This document shows, one piece after another, positions 36,400-46,920 of a stretch of 64,000 bases of DNA; position 1 is the first letter of the stretch, and the number at the start of each line of letters is the position of its first letter. Origin of the DNA: a virus. Below the pieces are notes generated by a model. It did not search any database, was not told the origin of the DNA, and worked only from the letters and a program-made list of their open reading frames with translations. The stretch is from IMG/VR virus record IMGVR_UViG_3300025101_002824, positions 32,001 through 96,000 of that record. One strand, written 5' to 3'. The translations under genes were made by a program, and so were the position numbers.

Positions 36400-36921
36400 A
36401 TGATTAGTAACTTTAAGAAACCTGATTTAAGTAAACCTAGATATAGAGAAAAGGTTTTAAGTTTATTAAACTCTGAGACATTTGAAAAATTTAAAGAAAA
36501 ATATCCAATGTACTCTTCAGTTAGTAATGCTAAATTAAATAAAGTTATAAAATCATTCAACGGTAAAATTTGGGATGGTGTAATTAATAATAGAAATGGT
36601 ATAGAACTACCTGAGTCATTAGGTTATCTTTTTATTGGTTCTTGCCCTCCCACTAAAAAAGTTAATATAGATTATGCATTATCTAAACAATATGGTAAGG
36701 TAATACAAAATAAGAATTGGGAAACAAATGGAAACATTGGAAAAATATTTTACACTAACTACTCTCCTAAGTATAAATTTAAAACTAGAGAGTTATGGCA
36801 ATTTAATGCTGTAAGACAATTTAAAAGGTCTGTAGCATCTATATATCCAAAGCAGTGGCAAAAGTATATTTCTGTTCCTAATAAGTTTAGAGTTGCTGAT
36901 ATGTATAAAAAAGATAAATAA
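36400..36921 (+). CDS. Second HU/IHF-like basic protein
   Basis: KVIKSFNGKIWD...GIELPESLGYLFI; lies before the tail ring genes, as in crAss-like phages. Confidence 0.5.
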   Translation: MISNFKKPDLSKPRYREKVLSLLNSETFEKFKEKYPMYSSVSNAKLNKVIKSFNGKIWDGVINNRNGIELPESLGYLFIGSCPPTKKVNIDYALSKQYGKVIQNKNWETNGNIGKIFYTNYSPKYKFKTRELWQFNAVRQFKRSVASIYPKQWQKYISVPNKFRVADMYKKDK

Positions 36922-36923
36922 TT

Positions 36924-37595
36924 ATGACAACAATAGGTGAAGCAATATCTAGAATACGTGGGCAAATAAAAGCAGGAAATCAAGATGCTTTTACAACTGA
37001 TAGATATATATACAGTTTAATAAAAAAGTACGCTCAACTATTTATGCGTAGACAAGATAATGCTAACAAACTTATGAAGTTTAATAGTGTTTGGCAACAA
37101 CTTAAATATGTAAAATTAATTGAAGTAGATAAAATAGAAGCTCAATGTGTTGGAATAGCAAGTGGATGTACTATAAAAAGAACTGAAAAAAAATTACCTA
37201 CATTTATGCAAGGTTATTGGGGACCGTTAATTAGAACAGTAAGTTCAATAGATGGAGGTATAGAAGTACAAGCTACTCAGCCAGGAACTTATGCTTCAAT
37301 GTCTAAAACAAAAACTTTTAAATATAATAATACAAAATACTTTTGGTTCTTAGATGGTTATTTGTATTTACCTAATGTTGCATGGGATGCTATAAAATTA
37401 GAAGGTGTTTTTGAAGAAGATATAGCAAAGTGGACATGTGAAACAGATGATGATTGTGTTCCTAGATATTTACAAAATCTTTATATACCTGAATTTTTGT
37501 TTTCTGAAATAGAAAATCAATTGTTGAATACTGCTTTTAATACAATGAAAGTTCCATCAGAAGATGGTAATAATAATAAAAATCCAAATAGATAA
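36924..37595 (+). CDS. Tail ring/tubular protein
   Basis: YFWFLDGYLY...IKLEGVFE pattern and gene order. Confidence 0.6.
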   Translation: MTTIGEAISRIRGQIKAGNQDAFTTDRYIYSLIKKYAQLFMRRQDNANKLMKFNSVWQQLKYVKLIEVDKIEAQCVGIASGCTIKRTEKKLPTFMQGYWGPLIRTVSSIDGGIEVQATQPGTYASMSKTKTFKYNNTKYFWFLDGYLYLPNVAWDAIKLEGVFEEDIAKWTCETDDDCVPRYLQNLYIPEFLFSEIENQLLNTAFNTMKVPSEDGNNNKNPNR

Positions 37596-38497
37596 TGAGC
37601 GTATCACATAAATATAGAACATTTGATGAACTTTTAGAATCAGTTAAAGTAGACTTTGCAACGTATGATCTAGAAGGAATGATAGAACCACAACAATTAA
37701 TTAAAGTTGCTATAAGAGTAAACTATGATTTAGGTTTAAGAATTAATAGAACTGATAACTGCATTGTTGATATAGAAAATAATAAAGGACAACTTCCATC
37801 AAATTTTAAAACATTAAATTTTGCTGCAATTTGCGGTAAGTATAGAGTAAATACAACTCAACCATCTGGAACAACTACTGAGACACAACCAGCAACATAT
37901 ACTCCAGAACCTGGATATACTGCACCATGTGAAGATGGACAAACATGTAAAGATGTATGTATTGTTAAACCATGTGAAAGAGATAGCTCTAAAGATTATA
38001 TGATAATTCAAAGAGTTGGACCATCTACATTTAGAGAATTTAGCACATTTATACCTTTAAGAATTACTGATACATCTAGTGCATATTGTACTACTGAGTG
38101 TCCTAACTTAGGTGTAACAGCTGTAGATTTTGCAGAACTTAAAGATGGTTTTATACTTACTAATTTTAAATCAGGTAAAGTATATTTAAGTTACCAAGCA
38201 ACATTAGAAGATGATGGAGGTAATCTTTTAACTCTTGATCATCCTTATTGTAATGAATATTATGAATATGCATTAAAATCAAGAATATTAGAAAACATGA
38301 TGTTTGCTGGAGAAAATGTTGCTAATCAATCTTCAATGATTGAACAAAGATTACGTGCTGCTAGAAATAATGCTTTAGGTTTTGTTAATACTCCAAACTT
38401 TGAAGAGTATAGAAAAATATGGGAAGTTAATAGAAAAGCACAGTACAATAAATATTATGATATGTTTTCAAGTTTTGCTACTAATAGAAGAAACTAA
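37595..38497 (+). CDS. Tail ring protein
   Basis: TNFKSGKVYLSY...LDHPY...YALK pattern; immediately before the muzzle gene. Confidence 0.6.
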   Translation: MSVSHKYRTFDELLESVKVDFATYDLEGMIEPQQLIKVAIRVNYDLGLRINRTDNCIVDIENNKGQLPSNFKTLNFAAICGKYRVNTTQPSGTTTETQPATYTPEPGYTAPCEDGQTCKDVCIVKPCERDSSKDYMIIQRVGPSTFREFSTFIPLRITDTSSAYCTTECPNLGVTAVDFAELKDGFILTNFKSGKVYLSYQATLEDDGGNLLTLDHPYCNEYYEYALKSRILENMMFAGENVANQSSMIEQRLRAARNNALGFVNTPNFEEYRKIWEVNRKAQYNKYYDMFSSFATNRRN

Positions 38498-38499
38498 AA

Positions 38500-41400
38500 A
38501 TGGCTAAAAAGCAGCAAAAAAATACAGGTGGGAAAAAAACTCCTAAACGTCAAAATACTGACATAGTAAATACTAATGCCTTTATTAAAGGTATGAATAA
38601 AGATACTGATAGTGGATATTTTGATAAACAAAGTTGGTATCATGCACGTAATTTAATAAATAATTCTGTTGATGGTGATTTAGGTGTAGTTGGTAATGAA
38701 CCAGCAAATTTAAGATGTGCAAAGATTCCTTATACTGTTATAGGAGGTATTCATTTATATGGAGACCAGTGGGTAATATACTCAACTAATGATATATTAA
38801 GTGAAATAGGTTTATTTGACGACAGTGAATGTAAATACACTACATTAGTAAATGATGATTGTCTTAATTTTAATAAAGATAATTTAATTATAGGAGCTGC
38901 TAAAGAAAATTTTGATTGCACATGGCAAGTATATTGGGATGATGGTTTAAATCCATCCAGAACATTAAATATTGATAATATACCATATGTGCAAATAGTT
39001 GATCCAAATACACCAGCTGGATCTACATGTATAAATTATATTAATGCTGAACCATTAATGTTAGATTGTGAAAGAATTAGATTAGCTCCATTAATTGATA
39101 TACCATGTATTAAATTAGAAAAAGCAGATCAAGGAGGATTATTAGAAAATGGTAGTTATCAAGTATATGCAGCATATTGTATAAATGAAAAACCTGTTAC
39201 AGATTATTTAGGTATTTCAAATATACAACCAATTTGGTCAAGAGAAGATACACAAGGATCACTTACAATAGAACTTTCTAATTTAGATACTGAATTTGAT
39301 CAATTACAAATTGTTGTTAGATCTAGAATAAAAGGTCAAGCTACTAATACAGTATTAGGTTTATATAGCACAGAAACAAAATCAATAAATATTGATTATA
39401 TAAATGCTGAATTACCAAAAGTATTATCAAGCACATTACAAAGAAGAATTCCTACATATGAAAAATCTGAAGGAATGTTTGTTGTTAATGATTATTTAAT
39501 AAGATCACAACCTACAGAACAATTTGATTTTAACTATCAACCTTTAGCTAATAATATCCAAACATACTGGACTTCTACACAATATCCTTCTAATTATTAT
39601 AGAGAAGGTGGTAACAAACCTACACTATTAAGAGATGAGCAATATGCTTTTTTTATAAGATTTATATATAATACAGGAGAAAAATCAGCATCATATCATA
39701 TACCTGGACGTGCTCCAACAGCTGCTGATGAATTACCTATTGGAGGTGCTGGTAATAATTTTGATAACTCACCAACATGGAGAGCAGGTAATACTGCATC
39801 TTCTCAACCTGGAAATCCTTTTGTAGCTTCATTACTTGGAACTAATACAGATGATGGTGGAACTATTATTGATGGAGGTCTAATGGGATTTTGGGAATCT
39901 ACAGAAGTTTATTCACCTACTGACCCAACTAGATATGGTAATCTTTGTGGTCAACCTATAAGACATCATAAAATTCCTGATGAAACTGTTCCTGGTATAG
40001 GGACTACATTAACAGGAGCTGGTGAAACCATTCATGTTATAGGTGCTGCTTTTGATAATATAGCACCTCCTGTTGATAATGATGGTAATGTAATACCTAA
40101 CATTATTGGATATGAAATATTAGTAGGTAGCCGAGCAGGTAATAGATCTATACTTGCTAAAGGTATTATGAAACACATGTTTAGGTTTAGAAGAACTCAA
40201 AATGATGGTATACGTAATGCTCAAGGATCACCAGATAATTTTGCTTCAGGAACAGGTTTAATGCCTAATTATCCTTTTAATGATTTAAGAGCAGATCCTT
40301 ATTTAATTGGTAGAGATAGTAATAGTATTAGCCAATTGCCTTGGTATGCACAATTTGGAACAGCACCAGAAGAAAATTGGCACAGAGGAAATACAAATCA
40401 AGCTGATGGTTTAGAATTTAATACTGTTGATGCACGGACATTTACTTTTCATTCACCAGAATTAAATTTCTCTAGATTATATTTAAATCCAACTACAGTA
40501 AAAATTTATAAAACAGTAAGTGGAATTGTTTTAGGAAGATTTAAAAAATCAGAAGAACATCCTAGAATGAAGTTATTAAAAAATAGAGCAGCAACTGTAG
40601 CAGCATTAGTTGGTGTAGGTTATGCTTTAGCAGAAATGCGTGGTAAAAGAAATTATAAGATTGATACCATGCAATCTACGTCTATTGGTGAATTTGGTGC
40701 ACATGCTTTAGGATCTGGTTCACATATGTCACCTTTTGTTGGTCCTGGTACAGGACTTGCTGCTGCAAATGTAGGTGCATCATCAGCAAGTATTTGGCTT
40801 GGAGCTGCAGCAGATGTAGGTTTTAATACTTTAGTTGATATAGGCGCTATATTTGGTGCTGGTAAAGTAGTTCGTCAAGTAGGTACACCTATTTATCAAC
40901 AAGTTGAAGTTGCGTCTACAGCTGCAGCAGCTGGACATATTGGTCCAAAAAGATCTATTCAATATATGGGTAGTGATTTTTCTTCTATTCCTTCATTAAT
41001 GTCTATTGCAATAGGTATTATTTCATTTTTAAATTATGTTGCAGTTGGTGGTGATAAAATTATTGATTTAATATTGAATCTTATAGGGTTTCAAAACTAT
41101 GCAATGAAATATATATCTCATGGATATTATCAAAATGAAACTCCATTTTTAGGTACACAATTTAGACAATCTGTAGATAGAGCAAGATATATTAAAAGTG
41201 CTATACAATCATTTGATGGTCAAGATGTAATATACAATAACCTTAGACCTTCTACTGTTGTATTTAAAGTGGCTAATCCATGGGGAGATTCTTTACCAGG
41301 AATTAATGGAGGGCCTATTGATAACACTAAATTTACAATTGGTGCAGGAGCAAATGGATGTGCAGGTAATGGTAATAATAGTATGAGTTGGTATAATCCA

Positions 41401-44400
41401 GGAGAGGAAGTAGAATCAACTGCAGTTGCACATTATATGTCATTTAAAACTTTAATGGATAATCAATATGGTCAGTTAGATAGTATTATTCAACTTACTA
41501 CACAAAATTGTTTTTATTTTAGAACACAACAAAATGTTGATCCTGATGGTAATATTCTTCCAATAATTTCACAAGATAGATTTAGTACTGATACAGTATA
41601 TGCGGGTGATTCATATATATGTAGATATACAGAAAAATCAATTATGCCATTCTTCTTTGACTTTTTAAAAGAAGGAAGAGATGGTATACCATTTGATTAT
41701 TCTAAATATGCAAATGTACCATTTCCTAGATTTTGGATGAATTCAGAAAAATTCCGTATGGATCAATTTGTAAGACCAATAACAAGTTTAAGGTTTAGAT
41801 GGAATGGAACTGAAGCTTTACCTTCTGGGTATTATAATATGGATTGTCCAGAAAATGGTGGTTATTGTGCACCTCAAGGTGTTTTTCAACCAGGTACAAT
41901 TGGTACAGGATTAGGTGCAAATTTTGGTGAAGGAGGAGCTGCTGGTTCAACACAACAAGATGGATCTTCTGCTGGTTCTGGTGCTATAAATCAAAATCAA
42001 ACTGGTTTTACACAAAGTTCAGCTGTAGGTGGTGCAGCTTGGGATGATCCTAATGATGATTGGAATCTAGAAAACAGTATGGCAGCATATAATAATAGGT
42101 TTCAAGTTATAAATATTAGTGGTAATGGTAATGGAGGTTCAGATATACCATATAATATTAACATGGGTAGTAATAGTGAAAGATGGTCAATAATTGGAGC
42201 AGGACAAGATGTTATAACAATAACACCTGCAGCTGGTGTACTAAATCCAGTCCCTACAAATCCAGCAAATCCGCCTGGACCAGCTTTAGCTGCAGCCGTA
42301 GAAACTACACCTAATTTTAATATAACCATAGAAGATCATAGTTACAGTGTACCTTTAGATTCTCCTGGTAATGGACCTTCTATTACTAAACAATGTGGTT
42401 GTGATTTTGTTAGTTTTGTTAGAGAAGATACAGATGATAGTACATTTACTCCTAGTTTATTTAGTGATTTTGGAACAGCAACAGCAAGATTAATTTGGGA
42501 TTGGTCATCTGGTACATTTATAGGTATGACAAATGTAGCAACTGGTTTTTATGCTTCTAATGACCCTACAATAACTGCAGGTGGTACAGGAAATCCAAGT
42601 GATGTTTTAACAAGTTCTGCAAATTTTACATTTCAAAGTGGACTTCTGACTAATCAAGTACAAGATGGTTTTCCATTTGTTTGTAACAATACAGCAATAA
42701 TGGGTCAAGGTGCATTTCAATTTCCTAATGCTCAAGCTACTCCAGGAGGTGCTAATGATATAAGTGCTGCTAATCAAAGAAATGGTGTACAAGCTGGTGG
42801 ACCAGGTGATCCTCAAGCTCTTGCTGATAATGCCGAACAAGCAGCACAAGATTCAGTATTTGTAACAGGTAATCAACCAGGAGCTGTAGGTGCTGGTGGT
42901 ACTGCTACTGGGGGATTATTTGTAATTAAAACAGGATATATGTATACCCATAATTGCGGTATAAATGATTTCTGGGTTGAATCTTCAATGAATCTAGCTT
43001 ATAGAGATTATGAAGATGTAGCAAGAAAACAACATTATGATGATGAAAATTTTACTGATCTTGTAGAATTATTTCATGCTAAAATTGTAAATTTAGATAA
43101 TTATTATTTTTATGATAGATCAACATCAGTTGATAAATTTTGGGGTTCATCATGGGGACGTATACAACCAAGTTATTATGATCCATTAATTGCAGAAAAC
43201 TGTTTTATTAAATATCCAAAAAGATTATTATACTCAGTTCCAGCTACAGGATTTAAAGATAAAGCAACGCTTTCAAATAAAAATGATGCAAAACAAGATT
43301 TTTGGAGAGTGTATCTTACAGAAAACTTTAGAGATTTTAAAGCAAAAGTTACAACAATAAAACCTATTAATGAGACAGGAGCTTTAATATTCTTTCCAAC
43401 AATGTCTCCTAAAATGTTCCAAGGACAAGATAGATTACAACTATCTAATACAAAACTTACAATTGGTGATGGAGGATTATTTAGTCAAGCTTTTCAAAAT
43501 ATAACAAACTCTGATGTATCACACGAGTATGGATCATGTGAAAGTGCAAGAAGTGTATTAAATACTCCTTTTGGTATTTTCTTTGTATCTCAAGCACAAG
43601 GTAAGATTTTTCAATATAGACCAGGTGGTGGTTTAACACCAATATCAGATCAAGGTATGAAATGGTGGATGAATAAATTTTTACCATCTAAGCTATTAGA
43701 ATACTTTCCTTTAATAGAAGATTGTCCTGAAGCAGTAGACAATCCTGTAAATGGTGCAGGTATACAAACTGTATATGATCCTAATAATGACATAGTATAT
43801 TTCTGTAAAAAAGATTTTATACCATTACCGCAATTTCAAGATAATGATTGTATAGAATATATACCTTGTGAAGGTTTTGTTTATAATGCAACAAATTGTG
43901 AAGGTTTACCACAAGTACCTTCATGTCCTGAAGGATATACATTAATACAAGATCCTGTAACAGGGCAAGATGTTTGTCAATTATTATATACTGAAGAACC
44001 AATTATATTAGCTACAGAACAATTTAATTATGGTGCAGGTATTGCTATTGGTACTGACTTAGGATTTGGTAATAATGGAACAGCAAGATATGGTGTAGAT
44101 TGGCCTATTGTAATTGATGATGTATTTACTGATGGAATGCCTACTAACCAAGCTGATCCAAATACATGGCATTATATAACAGATAATGGATCAAATGCAT
44201 GGTGGAGAAATGCAAATCCAACTAATGGAACAAATGGTATTATTAACAGATTAATGAGAGGAGCTGCTGGTACACCAGGGGGACAATTTGCACAAGCAGA
44301 ATTTCAAATTAATATTCCTACTGCTAAAACTGTACATATTTTATTAGCAGCTGATAATGCGTTTGCATTAGATTTAGATACTGGAACAGGATATACAAAT

Positions 44401-46920
44401 TTTGTAACACCTGTTGATGCAACTATATTTGGTGCTGTAACTCAGGGTGGTGGTATATGGAATCCTCAAGCAGTTCCAGGAGGAAATTTTGCATGGTTAT
44501 CAGGTGATGCAGTTGATGCATCTCAATATTCAAAAGCTTGGATATATAAATTAGATTTACCATCAGGATGTACAAAATTTAGAATGACAGGTACTAACAA
44601 TGGTGCTGGTTTTGCAGGTCTTGCTGCTGCTGTTATTGATGTTAATGATTATCAAGATATACAAGATGCTACATCATGGGAATCTTTACCTAAATTATGG
44701 GATTCTGAAACTTATGATTTTATTGTTCCTGGAACTACTACTGATTTTAGATGTCCTCCAAACTTTACAATATTTACTGACGGTACAGATGGTAGTACAG
44801 AAGAGTGTCCAGTATGTAGAGAAGATATAATAATATATAATTGTGATTGTATGACAGATCCAACATCTAATATACCAGGTGTATTAATAGGAACATGTCC
44901 AGATGCATTTGGTAATGCTGGATCATCTTATTGTCAATACGAAGGATATGCTGATGTTGAAATGATTGATCAAACTTATCCTATAGAAGTATTAGATACT
45001 AATTACTTTAAAGATATATCTTGGACTATTAGTTATGATCCAAAAACTAAAGCATGGTTATCTTTCCATGATTGGCATCCTAAGTTAGCATTTAATAGTA
45101 TAAGACATTTCTTAACTACTAATACTGAAATGACAGAAGTTCCTCAATGTCCAGATGGATATACATGGAATGGTACAAGATGTTGTTTATCATTACATCA
45201 TGAAGAGTTAGCAGAAGTTAATGTAACTGAATTTTTATCTACAGTTGAAAGTACACCAGCAACTGTACAAGCATTTTCTGAAACAATGGATATTGTTATT
45301 GTAATAGATTTTTCAACATCTATGAGAAACAATGGTGGAATTGGAGCAGCAATGCAATTTGTATCAACATTTGTAAGCGGTATGGCTCCAGGTATGTTAG
45401 GAGGTCCATATGCAGGTCAAGTAAGAATAGGACATGGTAGATGGGGTAGTGGTTCTGCATCTGCGTCTCCTCCAGGAGATCCTGCACAAATAGTAGGTTT
45501 AACTGATGATCCAGCTATAGCTGGTGGAAGTCTTACTGCTACTAATACTCCAATAGGTCAAACACAATATTGGCCACAAAGTGGAACAACCTTTAATGAT
45601 GGTATAGATCTTGCTAATACTATGCTTACAGGAAGTACAGCTCAACAAAAAATTGTTATATTTGTTACTGATGCAGGTAGTGCTCCAAATAATCCAACAA
45701 ATTTAGCAAATGCTACACAATTAATAGCATTATTTGTTGATAATGCAACTAGTGCAAATAATTGTAGTACTACTACTGGTTATGGTGATGATCTTGGACC
45801 TTTAATTACAGATACAGGTTTACCATCAAATCCGGCATATGATGTTGTAAGATGCGCAAATGTTGGAACTCTTCCAAGAAACGTATATCATATAGGGTCA
45901 GGTATTGATCCTGGTGAAGAAGGACATGCAGCTTCAGTTGCACAAGATTTAGTTCAATCTTTTACACAATGTACATGTACACAAGGAATAATTGATACAA
46001 GTCCTCTTAATCCTCCATGTTTACCTTTACCATCACCTCCACCACAATGTATAACTTGTTCTTGTCCTCCAGGATTTACTTTAATTGGTACTTGTGATAA
46101 TTCACAAAATCCACCAATATGTAGAAAAATGGATTGTGAATGTACAAGTCCTTTATTTAATCCAGATGAAGACTTAACAATAAGTGGAGAATGTGATGAT
46201 ATTGTACAATATTTTAATCCATTAACTGGAACAGGTAATCCAACTTATGTAAATACTAATCCTTTATTTTGTATATATGATTATGAAGATTGTGTACCTG
46301 CTAATTATGAATTAGGATTCTTTTGGAAACATAATATTAGAACTGATTTATTTAATAATTATTATGATAAAAATTATCCTTGGGAAGTAGATATAATTGA
46401 AACTACTGGTCAGCAAGTTACTACATTAAGAAGTATAGAATATCAAATGGAAGCTTATTTATATCAAAATGAAGGTAAAGATAGATTCCATGATTTAGAT
46501 TATAATTTTGATGAAGCTGTTATTTATAATTCAGAACAAGTATCAGGATTATTAGAATTAGAATTAGAACCAAAAAATAATGTTCAATTGTCAATGTTAT
46601 ATCCTATTGTTGGACCTAACAGTATAAGAACATTGTTTAGTAAAGTTGAACAAAAATATAGATTTAATCAATTTTTTGATATTACTGCTGACAGAGGAGA
46701 GTTTACAGCAGCAACTAATACAATTTGGGAAACAGATTGGGATGGATATGTTAGAACATTAAACCCAGCTAATTTAAATTATAATAAAGCACAACATCAA
46801 AGAAAGAAATTTAGACATTACTTTAATCATGTGCTATTAAGAAAATCAGATGAAGCTGCTACAACTAGAAAGATGTTATTAAAATTAGAGAATACTAAAT
46901 TAAATGTATCATTTAGATAA
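38500..46920 (+). CDS. Muzzle/tail stabilisation protein (P22 gp10-like) with large insertions including a VWA domain
   Basis: FIKGMNKD N-terminus, EYGSCES, ISDQGMKWW and WTISYDPKTKAWLSFHDW core motifs; DIVIVIDFSTSM MIDAS motif at 45307. Confidence 0.75.
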   Translation: MAKKQQKNTGGKKTPKRQNTDIVNTNAFIKGMNKDTDSGYFDKQSWYHARNLINNSVDGDLGVVGNEPANLRCAKIPYTVIGGIHLYGDQWVIYSTNDILSEIGLFDDSECKYTTLVNDDCLNFNKDNLIIGAAKENFDCTWQVYWDDGLNPSRTLNIDNIPYVQIVDPNTPAGSTCINYINAEPLMLDCERIRLAPLIDIPCIKLEKADQGGLLENGSYQVYAAYCINEKPVTDYLGISNIQPIWSREDTQGSLTIELSNLDTEFDQLQIVVRSRIKGQATNTVLGLYSTETKSINIDYINAELPKVLSSTLQRRIPTYEKSEGMFVVNDYLIRSQPTEQFDFNYQPLANNIQTYWTSTQYPSNYYREGGNKPTLLRDEQYAFFIRFIYNTGEKSASYHIPGRAPTAADELPIGGAGNNFDNSPTWRAGNTASSQPGNPFVASLLGTNTDDGGTIIDGGLMGFWESTEVYSPTDPTRYGNLCGQPIRHHKIPDETVPGIGTTLTGAGETIHVIGAAFDNIAPPVDNDGNVIPNIIGYEILVGSRAGNRSILAKGIMKHMFRFRRTQNDGIRNAQGSPDNFASGTGLMPNYPFNDLRADPYLIGRDSNSISQLPWYAQFGTAPEENWHRGNTNQADGLEFNTVDARTFTFHSPELNFSRLYLNPTTVKIYKTVSGIVLGRFKKSEEHPRMKLLKNRAATVAALVGVGYALAEMRGKRNYKIDTMQSTSIGEFGAHALGSGSHMSPFVGPGTGLAAANVGASSASIWLGAAADVGFNTLVDIGAIFGAGKVVRQVGTPIYQQVEVASTAAAAGHIGPKRSIQYMGSDFSSIPSLMSIAIGIISFLNYVAVGGDKIIDLILNLIGFQNYAMKYISHGYYQNETPFLGTQFRQSVDRARYIKSAIQSFDGQDVIYNNLRPSTVVFKVANPWGDSLPGINGGPIDNTKFTIGAGANGCAGNGNNSMSWYNPGEEVESTAVAHYMSFKTLMDNQYGQLDSIIQLTTQNCFYFRTQQNVDPDGNILPIISQDRFSTDTVYAGDSYICRYTEKSIMPFFFDFLKEGRDGIPFDYSKYANVPFPRFWMNSEKFRMDQFVRPITSLRFRWNGTEALPSGYYNMDCPENGGYCAPQGVFQPGTIGTGLGANFGEGGAAGSTQQDGSSAGSGAINQNQTGFTQSSAVGGAAWDDPNDDWNLENSMAAYNNRFQVINISGNGNGGSDIPYNINMGSNSERWSIIGAGQDVITITPAAGVLNPVPTNPANPPGPALAAAVETTPNFNITIEDHSYSVPLDSPGNGPSITKQCGCDFVSFVREDTDDSTFTPSLFSDFGTATARLIWDWSSGTFIGMTNVATGFYASNDPTITAGGTGNPSDVLTSSANFTFQSGLLTNQVQDGFPFVCNNTAIMGQGAFQFPNAQATPGGANDISAANQRNGVQAGGPGDPQALADNAEQAAQDSVFVTGNQPGAVGAGGTATGGLFVIKTGYMYTHNCGINDFWVESSMNLAYRDYEDVARKQHYDDENFTDLVELFHAKIVNLDNYYFYDRSTSVDKFWGSSWGRIQPSYYDPLIAENCFIKYPKRLLYSVPATGFKDKATLSNKNDAKQDFWRVYLTENFRDFKAKVTTIKPINETGALIFFPTMSPKMFQGQDRLQLSNTKLTIGDGGLFSQAFQNITNSDVSHEYGSCESARSVLNTPFGIFFVSQAQGKIFQYRPGGGLTPISDQGMKWWMNKFLPSKLLEYFPLIEDCPEAVDNPVNGAGIQTVYDPNNDIVYFCKKDFIPLPQFQDNDCIEYIPCEGFVYNATNCEGLPQVPSCPEGYTLIQDPVTGQDVCQLLYTEEPIILATEQFNYGAGIAIGTDLGFGNNGTARYGVDWPIVIDDVFTDGMPTNQADPNTWHYITDNGSNAWWRNANPTNGTNGIINRLMRGAAGTPGGQFAQAEFQINIPTAKTVHILLAADNAFALDLDTGTGYTNFVTPVDATIFGAVTQGGGIWNPQAVPGGNFAWLSGDAVDASQYSKAWIYKLDLPSGCTKFRMTGTNNGAGFAGLAAAVIDVNDYQDIQDATSWESLPKLWDSETYDFIVPGTTTDFRCPPNFTIFTDGTDGSTEECPVCREDIIIYNCDCMTDPTSNIPGVLIGTCPDAFGNAGSSYCQYEGYADVEMIDQTYPIEVLDTNYFKDISWTISYDPKTKAWLSFHDWHPKLAFNSIRHFLTTNTEMTEVPQCPDGYTWNGTRCCLSLHHEELAEVNVTEFLSTVESTPATVQAFSETMDIVIVIDFSTSMRNNGGIGAAMQFVSTFVSGMAPGMLGGPYAGQVRIGHGRWGSGSASASPPGDPAQIVGLTDDPAIAGGSLTATNTPIGQTQYWPQSGTTFNDGIDLANTMLTGSTAQQKIVIFVTDAGSAPNNPTNLANATQLIALFVDNATSANNCSTTTGYGDDLGPLITDTGLPSNPAYDVVRCANVGTLPRNVYHIGSGIDPGEEGHAASVAQDLVQSFTQCTCTQGIIDTSPLNPPCLPLPSPPPQCITCSCPPGFTLIGTCDNSQNPPICRKMDCECTSPLFNPDEDLTISGECDDIVQYFNPLTGTGNPTYVNTNPLFCIYDYEDCVPANYELGFFWKHNIRTDLFNNYYDKNYPWEVDIIETTGQQVTTLRSIEYQMEAYLYQNEGKDRFHDLDYNFDEAVIYNSEQVSGLLELELEPKNNVQLSMLYPIVGPNSIRTLFSKVEQKYRFNQFFDITADRGEFTAATNTIWETDWDGYVRTLNPANLNYNKAQHQRKKFRHYFNHVLLRKSDEAATTRKMLLKLENTKLNVSFR

